From Verrucomicrobiota bacterium (lineage in GTDB: Bacteria; Verrucomicrobiota; Verrucomicrobiia; Limisphaerales; JACQFS01), in NCBI GenBank assembly GCA_016199935.1, contig JACQFS010000005.1, positions 1-44,952 on the forward strand: a stretch of 44,952 nt of DNA, written 5' to 3'. The notes beneath the pieces were generated by a model. It ran no database searches. It had not been told where the DNA came from and saw only the letters and a program-made list of their open reading frames with translations. The translations under genes were made by a program, and so were the position numbers. Shown piece after piece: positions 1-8,306 of this stretch. Within the stretch, counting starts at the first letter, position 1, and every line of letters starts with the position of its first letter.

Positions 1-454
1 CGAAGTGGACACCTTCAAGCTCTTCAACGACCACGAAATCTACGGCCACATGAACATCAACTACGTCCAGCTCGACCGCCTCCCGCACTTCGACAATGGC
101 TGGCAGCCGGTGCTCGACGCTTTGCGCCACGGAAAGTTCTTCACCACCACCGGCGAGGTGCTCATCAAGAAGTTCACCGTCGGCGGCAAAGGCAGCGGCG
201 AGACATTGAAATCCGCCACCCGCCCCGAACTGCGCGTGGAACTCGACTGGACCTTTCCGCTCAAGTTTGCCGAAGTAATTTCCGGCGACGGCACGAAAGT
301 CTATCGCGAGCGCATCGAACTGGCGGACACCAGCGCCTTCAGCCAACGCACCCTGACGCTCACGCCGGAGCTGCGCGGACGAAAATGGGTGCGCTTCGAA
401 GTGTGGGACGTGGCCGCCAACGGCGCGTTCACGCAGCCGGTTTGGCTGGAGTGA
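1..454 (+). CDS. Hypothetical protein, 3' portion; the reading frame is open to the window edge, so the gene probably starts upstream.
   Basis: ORF 5..454 begins with GTG, and the frame continues to position 2. Amino-acid composition is protein-like. No family was recognised. Confidence 0.4.
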   Translation, partial: EVDTFKLFNDHEIYGHMNINYVQLDRLPHFDNGWQPVLDALRHGKFFTTTGEVLIKKFTVGGKGSGETLKSATRPELRVELDWTFPLKFAEVISGDGTKVYRERIELADTSAFSQRTLTLTPELRGRKWVRFEVWDVAANGAFTQPVWLE

Positions 455-466
455 AGGAGGAAGTGA

Positions 467-572
467 AAGGTTATCAAGTGATCAGGTTATCAAGTTGTCA
501 GGTGCCGCCAGATTTCTCGCACCTCTCGAACTGATCGGAGCCGCACCTGACAACTTGATAACCTGATAACCT
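467..572. terminator. Long imperfect inverted repeat with about 22 bp perfect arms and a roughly 40 nt loop, lying between convergent gene ends; probable bidirectional terminator.
   Basis: CAGGTTATCAAGTTGTCAGGTG at about 480-501 pairs with CACCTGACAACTTGATAACCTG at about 543-564. Flanking GTTATCA/TGATAAC repeats extend the stem. The element sits between the stop at 454 (+) and the stop at 579 (-). Confidence 0.5.
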
Positions 573-578
573 GCAACC

Positions 579-1052
579 TCACTCCCCGCCCTGCCCCTCC
601 TTCAACTTGCTGAAATTCCCCTCTTCGCAGCAGTGCACGAAGGTTTCCGTGGCCGACTTCAATTCCTCCCAGCGCCGCCGGATGGTTTTGGCCTCGGTCT
701 TGTTGATGTGGTTGTCCGCCGCCGCGCTCGCCACCACCGCGAGCAGGTCCGCGAACTCTTGCACGATTTCGTTCGTGGCCGGGATGAGGAAATCGGGATG
801 CGCGTGGCGATGCTTCGGGTTGCGGATGAAAAAGCCGCCCGCGCGCTCGCAGAGCCATTGCACGATGCGCTCGTCCTTCGTGCTGCGCAGGAGTTGTTCG
901 AGGCGGTCGAGCGGGTTCGCCGCGCCGCTGCCGTCGGCGTCATCGGTCTCGGCCCATTTGTAGATGAGCGAGAGGGACAGGCCGAGGTCGGCGGAAATCT
1001 GTTTGGCACTGGTCGTCTTGAACACCTCGCGGAGCAGCTCGTGGGATTGCAT
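579..1052 (-). CDS. Putative HTH-type transcriptional regulator, phage CII-like (157 aa).
   Basis: The minus-strand ORF has coding-like composition and an HTH-like segment (ISADLGLSLSLIYKWAE). The start was trimmed to ATG 1052 (MQSHELL...). The overlapping plus-strand ORFs are Arg/Ala-rich antisense artefacts. Confidence 0.5.
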   Translation of the reverse strand: MQSHELLREVFKTTSAKQISADLGLSLSLIYKWAETDDADGSGAANPLDRLEQLLRSTKDERIVQWLCERAGGFFIRNPKHRHAHPDFLIPATNEIVQEFADLLAVVASAAADNHINKTEAKTIRRRWEELKSATETFVHCCEEGNFSKLKEGQGGE

Positions 1053-1104
1053 GGCGGCGAGCGTGCGAAAGCGGGCCGGGGCTGACAAGCGGGAAGTCGG
1101 CAAG

Positions 1105-1190
1105 GAGGGGCGACACTCTTGTCGCCCTCGTTCATCCATCATACTTTCATGTGAAACAGAATGACGACGGCGACAAGAGTGTCGCCGCTC
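1105..1190. repeat. Palindromic element pair: GGCGACACTCTTGTCGCC (1109-1126) and its reverse complement GGCGACAAGAGTGTCGCC (1169-1186) separated by 42 bp; copy 1 of a family that recurs at 30658-30718.
   Basis: Exact 18-mer and its reverse complement are read directly. Each unit is also self-complementary (GGCGACA/TGTCGCC). Both copies end with the flank GTCGCCGCTCCT. Confidence 0.7.
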
Positions 1191-1412
1191 CTCTCACCTT
1201 ACAAACCCTCCGCGGAATTATAGACGACTGCCCGCACGCGCTGCGCTTGAGTGGGCAACGTCAGGATTCAGATGCACGCGAACAATCAACAACCAGACCC
1301 GTGGTGGACCGAACTGCTGGCCTTCGTCTTCGAGGCGGGCTTTCAAGTCCTTTGCTGCTTGCTTGAATTCGTCGTCACGCTCTTACTCTGACCCAAGAAG
1401 CCCAAGAATCCT

Positions 1413-1982
1413 ATGGACCTATTTCTTGTTTACCTCATCTGCTTCGGCGTCGGACTGCTTTTCACCCTCGTCAGCGCACTCATGTCGCACGGTTTCGGGC
1501 ACGACGCCACGGGCCACGACACCGGCGGCGGCACGGACGGCCATGCCGAGGCGGGCTTCGGCTCGCACGACATGCCGGGCTTCGCGGCGCTGAGTCCCAC
1601 GACCATCGCGTCGTTCGTAACGGCGTTCGGCGGGTTGGGGATGATTTTTTCCAAGATCGGGGCGACGCAATCGGCGTGGGTAAGCGTGCCGCTGGCGGCG
1701 CTCGGCGGCTTTGCCATCGCGGCGTGCGTGCTGTGGCTGTTTCGCGCGGTGTTCCGTTCGACGCAAGGCTCCAGCGAATCGCGCGTGGCGACGCTCGTGG
1801 GCATGACCGCAACGGTGATCACGGCGATCCCGGCGAATGGCGTGGGCGAAATCGCCTACGTGCAAAGCGGCTCGCGCTACACGGCCCCGGCGCGTGCGGA
1901 GAACGGCGTGCCACTCGGCAACGGCGCGACGGTGAAGATCACGCGCATTGTGGGGACGCAGTTTTATGTGGCGAGCGCATGA
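1413..1982 (+). CDS. NfeD-family membrane protein, short form, of the kind that partners flotillin/SPFH proteins.
   Basis: N-terminal transmembrane helices, a Gly/His-rich linker and a C-terminal OB-like beta domain (ATVKITRIVGTQFYV). It lies immediately upstream of the flotillin gene. Confidence 0.7.
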   Translation: MDLFLVYLICFGVGLLFTLVSALMSHGFGHDATGHDTGGGTDGHAEAGFGSHDMPGFAALSPTTIASFVTAFGGLGMIFSKIGATQSAWVSVPLAALGGFAIAACVLWLFRAVFRSTQGSSESRVATLVGMTATVITAIPANGVGEIAYVQSGSRYTAPARAENGVPLGNGATVKITRIVGTQFYVASA

Positions 1983-2019
1983 CATGACGGCGGGCGCTAC
2001 GAAGTGCAACGCAGTAAGG

Positions 2020-2637
2020 ATGCGGAACGTTGCTCTATCCAGACCGCAATCCCATAGCAGCGTGTGGACTTTATTCGCTGCACTGGTGCTCGGCTGGAAC
2101 TTAGTCGTCAACGCTCAGGGAACCGTTGAATTCCGAGTTCAGTTGTTCGGAACAAATTCAGTCTCCAATCCGCTGGGCGAAGTCAGCCTATTCCTCGATG
2201 GCGACCTCTTGCATGGACCCCTTTTCATCCCATCGCAACTTTTCGTGACCATTCCCAGCGATGTCAGAATCAACGGACTGCCGCTTGGTAATGGAACCTT
2301 CTCGTTCACCCAAGGCGCGGGACAAGCAATGTTCATCGCTCCGTGGTGCAGCATCGACGGATGTTCTGAATCTGGTGTGAGTTTTCCGATTGGTGCGGTT
2401 CTATCCACAGGCCAGTTAGCTGAACTTCAAAGCGGTTTGTGGTCTTTAAGCATGTTTCTCGGTGTGAACCAGCTGGCTCCGGGTGTGTATTCGGGTCCGG
2501 TTACTGGAGCGTTGGTCGCAGTGCCAGAACCGAGCAGCATCGCACTGGCAAGCGTTGGCGCTCTCTTTTTGTTCGCTCTTGGCCATTTCTCCTTTCGAAA
2601 CTTAGGCTCGCGAAATTTCCAATTCTCCATGCACTGA
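2020..2637 (+). CDS. PEP-CTERM sorting-domain protein, a putative exosortase substrate.
   Basis: Signal peptide at the N-terminus. C-terminal VPEPSS, then a hydrophobic helix, then a basic tail (VPEPSSIALASVGALFLFALGHFSFR). ATG at 2020 is preceded by AAGGA. Confidence 0.7.
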   Translation: MRNVALSRPQSHSSVWTLFAALVLGWNLVVNAQGTVEFRVQLFGTNSVSNPLGEVSLFLDGDLLHGPLFIPSQLFVTIPSDVRINGLPLGNGTFSFTQGAGQAMFIAPWCSIDGCSESGVSFPIGAVLSTGQLAELQSGLWSLSMFLGVNQLAPGVYSGPVTGALVAVPEPSSIALASVGALFLFALGHFSFRNLGSRNFQFSMH

Positions 2638-2659
2638 TTGCCCCTCACACCAAAATCCC

Positions 2660-4213
2660 ATGAACCCACCCCTCCTCCTCGCCGCCATCGATCTCCCCGC
2701 CAACTTCGGCACCATCGCGCTCGCCGTCGTCGGCATCGTCGTCGGCCTCGTCGTTGTCATGCTCGTGTGGGCCAGTCGCTACACCAAGGTCGGCCCCAAC
2801 GAGGTGCTCGTCGTCTCAGGCATGAAGAAGAAGGTCACCGACCCGGACGGCACGGTGCACGCGCGCGGCTTCCGCATCGTCAAGGGCGGCGGCACGTTCG
2901 TCATCCCCGTCGTCGAGAAGGTGGACATCCTCTCGCTCGAACTCCTCACCATTGATGTGCAGACGCCGGAGGTTTACACCAGCAAGGGTGTGCCGGTGAA
3001 GGTGGACGGCGTCGCGCAGATCAAAGTCAAGGGCGACGACATTTCCATCGCCACCGCCGCCGAGCAGTTCCTCAGCAAGGACACCGCCGCCATCATGAAC
3101 ATCGCCATGCAGACGATGGAGGGTCATCTGCGCGCCATCCTCGGCACGATGACGGTGGAGGAGATTTACCAAAACCGCGACGCCTTCGCGCAGAAGGTGC
3201 AGGAGGTCGCGGCGGGCGACATGGCGAACATGGGCCTCGGCATTGTCAGCTTCACCATCCGCGACATCCGCGACGCGCAGGGTTACCTCGACGCGCTCGG
3301 CAAACCGCGCATCGCCCAGGTGAAACGCGACGCCGTCATTGCCCAGGCCGAGGCCGACCGCGACGCGATGATCAAATCCTCGCAGGCCACGCAGGCCGGA
3401 CAGGAGGCGAAGTTCGCCGCCGACACCAAGATCGCCGAGGCCCAGCGCGACTACCAATCCAACGTCGCGCAATACCAAGCCGCGGTGAACCAGAAGAAAG
3501 CCGAGGCCGACCTCGCGTATGATTTGCAGAAGTTCAAGACCGGCCAGCTCGTGAAGGCCGAGGAAGTGCAGGTGCAGATCATCGAGAAGCAGAAGCAGAT
3601 CGAGTTGCAGCAGCAGGAAATTCTCCGCAAGCAGCGCGAACTCGAGGCGATGGTGCAGAAGCCCGCCGACGCCGAGCGTTACCGCGTCGAGACACTGGCC
3701 AACGCGAAGAAGTTCCAACTCGAAACCGAGGCTGCCGGTGCCGCGTCCGCGACGAAGGCGACCGGCTTCGCGCAGGCCGATGTCAACAAGGCCACCGGCA
3801 TCGCCGACGCCGAGGCGAACAAGGCAAAGGGTCTCGCGCAGGCCGACATCATCATGGCGCAGGGCAAGGCGACCGCCGAGGCCACGCGTCTCAAGGCCGA
3901 GGCCTTCCAGGAATACAACCAGGCGGCCGTCATCGAGCTGCTCGTCAAGGTGCTGCCGGAAATCGCGGGCCGCATCAGCGAGCCGCTGGCGAAGATGGAG
4001 AAGATGGTCATCATCAACTCCGGCAACGGCCCCGGCGGCGGCGCGAGCAAGCTGACCGGCGACATCACGCAGATCATTGCGCAGCTCCCGCCCGTGCTGG
4101 AGAGTTTGACGGGGGTGAAGTTCGAGAAGCTGCTGGAGCAGGTGCCCGCGCTGAAGAAGGCGATGGGGAAAGAGGACGAGCCGGAGCCAAAATCAAAAAC
4201 GAAAGAGTCATAA
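2660..4213 (+). CDS. floT: Flotillin (SPFH/band-7 family, FloT-like).
   Basis: 517 aa with an N-terminal membrane anchor, an SPFH domain, and a long Ala/Glu/Gln-rich coiled coil with EA repeats. Confidence 0.9.
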   Translation: MNPPLLLAAIDLPANFGTIALAVVGIVVGLVVVMLVWASRYTKVGPNEVLVVSGMKKKVTDPDGTVHARGFRIVKGGGTFVIPVVEKVDILSLELLTIDVQTPEVYTSKGVPVKVDGVAQIKVKGDDISIATAAEQFLSKDTAAIMNIAMQTMEGHLRAILGTMTVEEIYQNRDAFAQKVQEVAAGDMANMGLGIVSFTIRDIRDAQGYLDALGKPRIAQVKRDAVIAQAEADRDAMIKSSQATQAGQEAKFAADTKIAEAQRDYQSNVAQYQAAVNQKKAEADLAYDLQKFKTGQLVKAEEVQVQIIEKQKQIELQQQEILRKQRELEAMVQKPADAERYRVETLANAKKFQLETEAAGAASATKATGFAQADVNKATGIADAEANKAKGLAQADIIMAQGKATAEATRLKAEAFQEYNQAAVIELLVKVLPEIAGRISEPLAKMEKMVIINSGNGPGGGASKLTGDITQIIAQLPPVLESLTGVKFEKLLEQVPALKKAMGKEDEPEPKSKTKES

Positions 4214-5040
4214 TGCGACTCATTTCATGGAACACTAACAGGTCTGCTCGCGACAGAATTGAGAAGCAGGTAAAAGTTCTTTGCGCGCGGAAACCGGACG
4301 TCCTCGCGCTTCAAGAAGTAACTCCAAAAGCAGCAGAGATTTTTCGCGAGCAACTGGAGAGAATGGGCTGGAAGCATATTGTGGACAGTTTTCCGCGACG
4401 TGGAAGTGGCCGATTAAAGAATGGTCGGCAATACGGAGAGCTGATTGCGAGTCAGTGGAAATTGAAACAGATCGCTTCGACCGAATTTGGTGTTCCTTGG
4501 CCCGAAAAAGTTCTTTCAGTCGTGATCAAAACTGAATTGGGAGATGTCGAAATCCATTCCGTCCATGTGCCAAACGGTTCGGAGCATGGCCGAGTGAAAA
4601 CCGACACATTCGAAGCGATTTACAAACGACTTGCCCGCAACCCAAGACGCCATCGAATCTTGTGTGGCGACTTCAACAGTCCACAAGAAGAGACACCAGA
4701 CGGCCAACTCATCACATGGGGACAGAACAAGAACGCGGACGGAAGATTCGTAATCGGAAAAAGGAAATGGGATGGCATTACCGACGAACGCTGGGATCTC
4801 GCTGAACGCTGTGTTTTGGAAGGGTTGAGAAGATACGATTTGAACGATGTGTTTCGTTCCAAACATGGCTACCGCAAGAAGGCGTTCAGCTTTTTCACAA
4901 ACAACCGAGGTCGCCGCGTTGGTCGTCGCTTTGATCACATTTTTGCCTCATCCGCCTTGAAGATTGTTGCGTGCGAATATCTGCAACAACTCCGTCGCTT
5001 GAGCGACCACGCCCCGATGGAAGCAGTGTTTAACCTTTGA
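4213..5040 (+). CDS. Endonuclease/exonuclease/phosphatase (EEP) family protein; visibly AT-richer than its neighbours.
   Basis: EEP motifs are present (LALQEV..., CGDFN, SDHAPM). Its ATG overlaps the flotillin TAA (TAATG). Confidence 0.8.
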   Translation: MRLISWNTNRSARDRIEKQVKVLCARKPDVLALQEVTPKAAEIFREQLERMGWKHIVDSFPRRGSGRLKNGRQYGELIASQWKLKQIASTEFGVPWPEKVLSVVIKTELGDVEIHSVHVPNGSEHGRVKTDTFEAIYKRLARNPRRHRILCGDFNSPQEETPDGQLITWGQNKNADGRFVIGKRKWDGITDERWDLAERCVLEGLRRYDLNDVFRSKHGYRKKAFSFFTNNRGRRVGRRFDHIFASSALKIVACEYLQQLRRLSDHAPMEAVFNL

Positions 5041-5073
5041 ACTCTGGCTCAACCAGATGAAAGAACTGAACCC

Positions 5074-5379
5074 ATGTTTTCCGGAATTCTTATCGGCGGC
5101 TGGGAAATCATCCTGTTGCTCGTCGTGCTGCCCGTGATGCTGGCGCTCCTCGCCTTCTGGGTCTGGATGCTCGTGGATTGCATCCGCAACCCGCGCCTCA
5201 CCGACCAGCAGCGGCTCATCTGGGTGCCGGTCATCGTGTTCACCCACTGGCTCGGCGCGCTCATCTACCTGCTCGCCGGCCGCAATCCGCGCACCGGATG
5301 GAGGCCCCCGCGTCGCACTGGCATTTTCCATTCACCCGCGTTAATCTCCGCCCATGAAAGCCTACGAAGAAGTCCTTGA
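5074..5379 (+). CDS. PLDc_N-domain small membrane protein.
   Basis: Two transmembrane helices with the PLDc_N-like pattern W..MLVDC..NPRL....W..VIVF...GALIYLLAGR. Confidence 0.55.
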   Translation: MFSGILIGGWEIILLLVVLPVMLALLAFWVWMLVDCIRNPRLTDQQRLIWVPVIVFTHWLGALIYLLAGRNPRTGWRPPRRTGIFHSPALISAHESLRRSP

Positions 5380-5587
5380 GTTCATCGCCGCCGGTCCCAG
5401 TTCGAACGCGCTGGCCGACTTCCAAGCGTCCCCGCAGAGCAAAGAGCGTGTCTTCGCGCTCATCCGCAAGGAGAAGAACGAAGGGCTGACGCCGGAGGAG
5501 AAGGCCGAACTGGATGATTGCATGCAAATCGAGCATCTCATGAATCTGGTGAAGGCCCGGGCGCGCCGGCGTGCGGCCAATGAGTAG
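5354..5587 (+). CDS. Hypothetical small helical protein (77 aa); overlaps both neighbouring genes.
   Basis: ORF with coding-like composition. It overlaps the PLDc_N 3' end by 26 nt and the HNH start by 8 nt. Confidence 0.45.
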   Translation: MKAYEEVLEFIAAGPSSNALADFQASPQSKERVFALIRKEKNEGLTPEEKAELDDCMQIEHLMNLVKARARRRAANE

Positions 5588-6023
5588 CCCGATCACTCCC
5601 GCCCTGCGCGAACTGGTCGCCCGCCGCGCCGAATTTATCTGCGAGTATTGCCTCGTCCACGAGCGCGACCTCTACTCGGGCGGCCAGGTGGACCACATCA
5701 TCAGCGAGCGGCAGGACGGGCCGACGACGCCGGAAAACCTCGCGTTCGCCTGCGCGTGGTGCAACCGGCAGAAGGGTTCGGACATCGCGGCCATTGACCC
5801 GGCCACCGGCCAGTTGGTGCGCCTGCTCAATCCGCGCCTGGACAAATGGAGCGAGCATCTGCAACTGGTCGGCGGACGCATCGAATGGCGCACCGCCATT
5901 GGCGAAGCAACCGTGCGTCTGCTGAAGATGAATGACCTGCACCGCATCGAGGAACGCGAATTGTTGCGCGCCCACGGCAAGTGTCCGAGCGCCGCCGCGC
6001 TGCGCCGGATTCGTGGAGGATAA
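5580..6023 (+). CDS. HNH endonuclease.
   Basis: CEYC...DHIISE...N...CAWCN motifs (CxxC...H-N-H...CxxC). ATG 5580 was chosen; GTG 5571 is an alternative start. Confidence 0.75.
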   Translation: MSSPITPALRELVARRAEFICEYCLVHERDLYSGGQVDHIISERQDGPTTPENLAFACAWCNRQKGSDIAAIDPATGQLVRLLNPRLDKWSEHLQLVGGRIEWRTAIGEATVRLLKMNDLHRIEERELLRAHGKCPSAAALRRIRGG

Positions 6024-6040
6024 ATTGAAAGGAAAACATC

Positions 6041-6247
6041 ATGAATGACGAATCGAAAAATTCCCCGAAAGACACCGGCACGCACCTGACCGGCATCGCC
6101 ACCGCCGTCGGCGGCTCCGCGTGCGGCTTGGCCTTTCTCTTCCTCATGTTCGGCTCGCCCGCCGCCGCCTGGCCCGCCGCATTCTCCATCGGCGCGCTGG
6201 CCGTGATGGGCGTCTGCTTCGCCCATTTCCTCACGCGGAAGAACTGA
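6041..6247 (+). CDS. Small membrane protein, hypothetical.
   Basis: Two predicted transmembrane helices, preceded by AAAGGAAAA. Confidence 0.45.
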   Translation: MNDESKNSPKDTGTHLTGIATAVGGSACGLAFLFLMFGSPAAAWPAAFSIGALAVMGVCFAHFLTRKN

Positions 6248-6271
6248 ACCGCCGCGCCAGAGCCGGACGTT

Positions 6272-7177
6272 ATGCGCCTCTTCGAAGCCATCGTTGCCGC
6301 CAATCACCGCGCCGCCGCGGGCGACACCGGCGCGGGCCTGCGCCCGGATGAATTCGCCGACGCACTGCCGGTGGTGGCGTTGACGTGCATTGACCCGCGC
6401 CTGAACCCGCTGCTGCCCGCCGTGCTGGGCATCGGGCCGGAGCATTTCATCTGGCTGCGCAACGCGGGCAACATCCTCACCGGCCCGATGAGCAGCACGA
6501 TGCGCTCGCTCGCGCTGGCCTGCGCGGTGAAGGGCGGGCGGGAGATCGTCGTCATCGGCCACACGGACTGCCTCGTGTGCAAGACCTCGATGATGCAGGT
6601 GCTCTCGCGTTTCCAGGCGCTCGGCGTGGACCGCGCGAAGCTGCCGGAAAATCTGCAGGAGTATTTCGGACTCTTCGCGAGCGAGCGGCAGAACGTGATG
6701 AAGGCCGTGGAGTTCATCCGGCACAGTCCGCTCATCGGCCCGCGCGTGCCGGTGCACGGGCTGCTGGTGGACATCGAATCGGGCAAGCTGGAGTGGATCG
6801 TGAATGGCTATCAGGTGTTCGATGCGGCTGTGAGCACTACGCCAACGTCCGTCCCATCGCCGGCGGCAATGCCGGTGATGGAAAAGATTTCAACGCCGCC
6901 GCCCGTGCTACCGCATCTGCCGGATTTCAAGCCGGGCGAAATGAAATTTCCGTCGGAAAAAATCGGCAGCGCAAATCCCGTCCCGGTGGATTGGATGGCA
7001 GAAGTGGAGGCACGCATCCGCGAACAACAGCAACCCACCGCCGCGCCGCCGCCGAAACTTCCGACGGAAGCGCCGTCCACGAAGCGCAAGTATGAGCCGC
7101 GCCCGCCGACGATTCCGCTGCCCGAGCGCGACGACGAGGGAAAGCTGATCCAGCCGTGGAAGAAGCCGCGGCGGTGA
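6272..7177 (+). CDS. Beta-class carbonic anhydrase with a Pro-rich C-terminal extension.
   Basis: CIDPR and HTDCLVC zinc-ligand motifs. Confidence 0.75.
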   Translation: MRLFEAIVAANHRAAAGDTGAGLRPDEFADALPVVALTCIDPRLNPLLPAVLGIGPEHFIWLRNAGNILTGPMSSTMRSLALACAVKGGREIVVIGHTDCLVCKTSMMQVLSRFQALGVDRAKLPENLQEYFGLFASERQNVMKAVEFIRHSPLIGPRVPVHGLLVDIESGKLEWIVNGYQVFDAAVSTTPTSVPSPAAMPVMEKISTPPPVLPHLPDFKPGEMKFPSEKIGSANPVPVDWMAEVEARIREQQQPTAAPPPKLPTEAPSTKRKYEPRPPTIPLPERDDEGKLIQPWKKPRR

Positions 7178-7257
7178 ACGGAGCGCAAAACTCCAGCTTT
7201 GCGCATTCGTGTGGCGGCAGATTGTTCAACACGCAGAGCTGGAGCTCTGCGCTCCGT
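7178..7257. terminator. Inverted repeat (20 bp arms with 3 mismatches, 40 nt loop) between convergent genes.
   Basis: ACGGAGCGCAAAACTCCAGC (7178-7197) is approximately the reverse complement of GCTGGAGCTCTGCGCTCCGT (7238-7257). Confidence 0.45.
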
Positions 7258-8189
7258 TACTTGTCCGGCACGCGGAAGGTCGCCTTGATGGGGCGGTGGT
7301 CGGAGGCTTCGCCCCACCTCGGCAGTGCGAGCACGTAAGTTTCCTTCTCGTCCCAGCTCTCGGCCATCGCCTTGCTCAACAGGATGTAGTCAATGCGCGA
7401 GTAGGTGTCCTCCTTCCCGTAGAAATAGGTCCACGCGATGTTCATCGGCGAGTAGCCCTTCTTCGTCGCGGTGCGCGGGTCGCCGTTGCGCTCGGCGGGG
7501 CGCGTGTCCACGAGTTGTTTGCTCCCGTAATGGCCAATGACGGTGCGGATCGCCTTGCTCTCCTTCGTGTCGTTGAAATCACCGACGACGGCGAAGCGCG
7601 CGTTGCGGTTCTCGGTGAGGAGGCGGTCAATTTTTTCGCGCAACAGAATCGCCTCCTGCTCGCGCAACTCCGCCTGGTCCGCCTCGGGCACGGGCCGCTT
7701 GGACTTGAGGTGCGCGAAGAGGAGCGTGAAGGAAAACTTTGCGCTCACTTGGAGGTCCACCTCGCCGAAGCCGCGGCTGACGAAGCAGCGCCGGCCACTG
7801 AGCAGAAAGCTCTCGTTCGTGTGCGGGCGGCGCGCGGTGATGGGAAACTTGCTGAGCACGGCGACGTGGATGTTGGTGTCCCAGCCGGAGACGTGCTCCC
7901 AGTGCGGGTAGTCCACGCCGTCGGCCTTGAGCGAGGCGCGAAGTTCGAGGAAGGCGTTGGTGCCGCCCATCTCCTCGAACGCAATCACGTCCACGCCGAG
8001 GAGCTTGATGGATTCGCGCACTTTCGCCTTCGCCGCGACGGACTTCATCGGCCGCGTGCCGGCCGGGGCGTCGAGGTAGTTCTCCACATTGTAGGCGCCA
8101 ACGGAAAAGGTGTCCGCAGCGATCAGGCGGAGCGAAAGGGCAAAACTGAAAACGCCGACGGCGAAGCCACGGGCCCGGTGGGAGTGCAT
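7257..8189 (-). CDS. Secreted endonuclease/exonuclease/phosphatase family protein.
   Basis: Signal peptide, followed by EEP-family motifs (VIAFEE, GDFND, SDHRP). Confidence 0.8.
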   Translation of the reverse strand: MHSHRARGFAVGVFSFALSLRLIAADTFSVGAYNVENYLDAPAGTRPMKSVAAKAKVRESIKLLGVDVIAFEEMGGTNAFLELRASLKADGVDYPHWEHVSGWDTNIHVAVLSKFPITARRPHTNESFLLSGRRCFVSRGFGEVDLQVSAKFSFTLLFAHLKSKRPVPEADQAELREQEAILLREKIDRLLTENRNARFAVVGDFNDTKESKAIRTVIGHYGSKQLVDTRPAERNGDPRTATKKGYSPMNIAWTYFYGKEDTYSRIDYILLSKAMAESWDEKETYVLALPRWGEASDHRPIKATFRVPDK

Positions 8190-8306
8190 GGCCTTGTTTA
8201 TTTGCCACGCGGGCGTGTGTCAAAGATTCTGCGTCGGGGCGTCGAAAATGTTTTTTGCAATCGCCCGCGCGGCTGCTAGTTTCCGGCCACCTTGAACGCT
8301 GCTGAC

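Noticed and set aside
1151-1366. 71-aa ORF starting inside the GGCGACA palindromic element.
   Set aside because: It begins within the repeat, has low-complexity composition and no ribosome-binding site. The region is better explained as intergenic or regulatory.
2816-3718. Long antisense ORFs opposite well-supported genes (examples: 2816..3718-, 5672..6757-, 7209..8279+, 8220..9089-, 9298..10188-, 13172..14239+, 14903..15940-, 18306..19733-, 20389..21807-, 22341..23354-, 26647..27951-, 33069..34193-, 36754..38286-, 42976..44742+).
   Set aside because: Their Arg/Ala/Gly/His-rich low-complexity translations are typical of antisense frames in GC-rich DNA. Every one overlaps a gene with clear family motifs on the other strand.
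6041-6055. ATGAATGACGAATCG at the start of the small membrane-protein gene, resembling the GAATGACGAATGG heptamers of four-helix-bundle cassette 1.
   Set aside because: Only two units, inside a plausible coding start (MNDES), and no inverted partner nearby. Probably coincidental, but it could be re-examined in a genome-wide heptamer scan.
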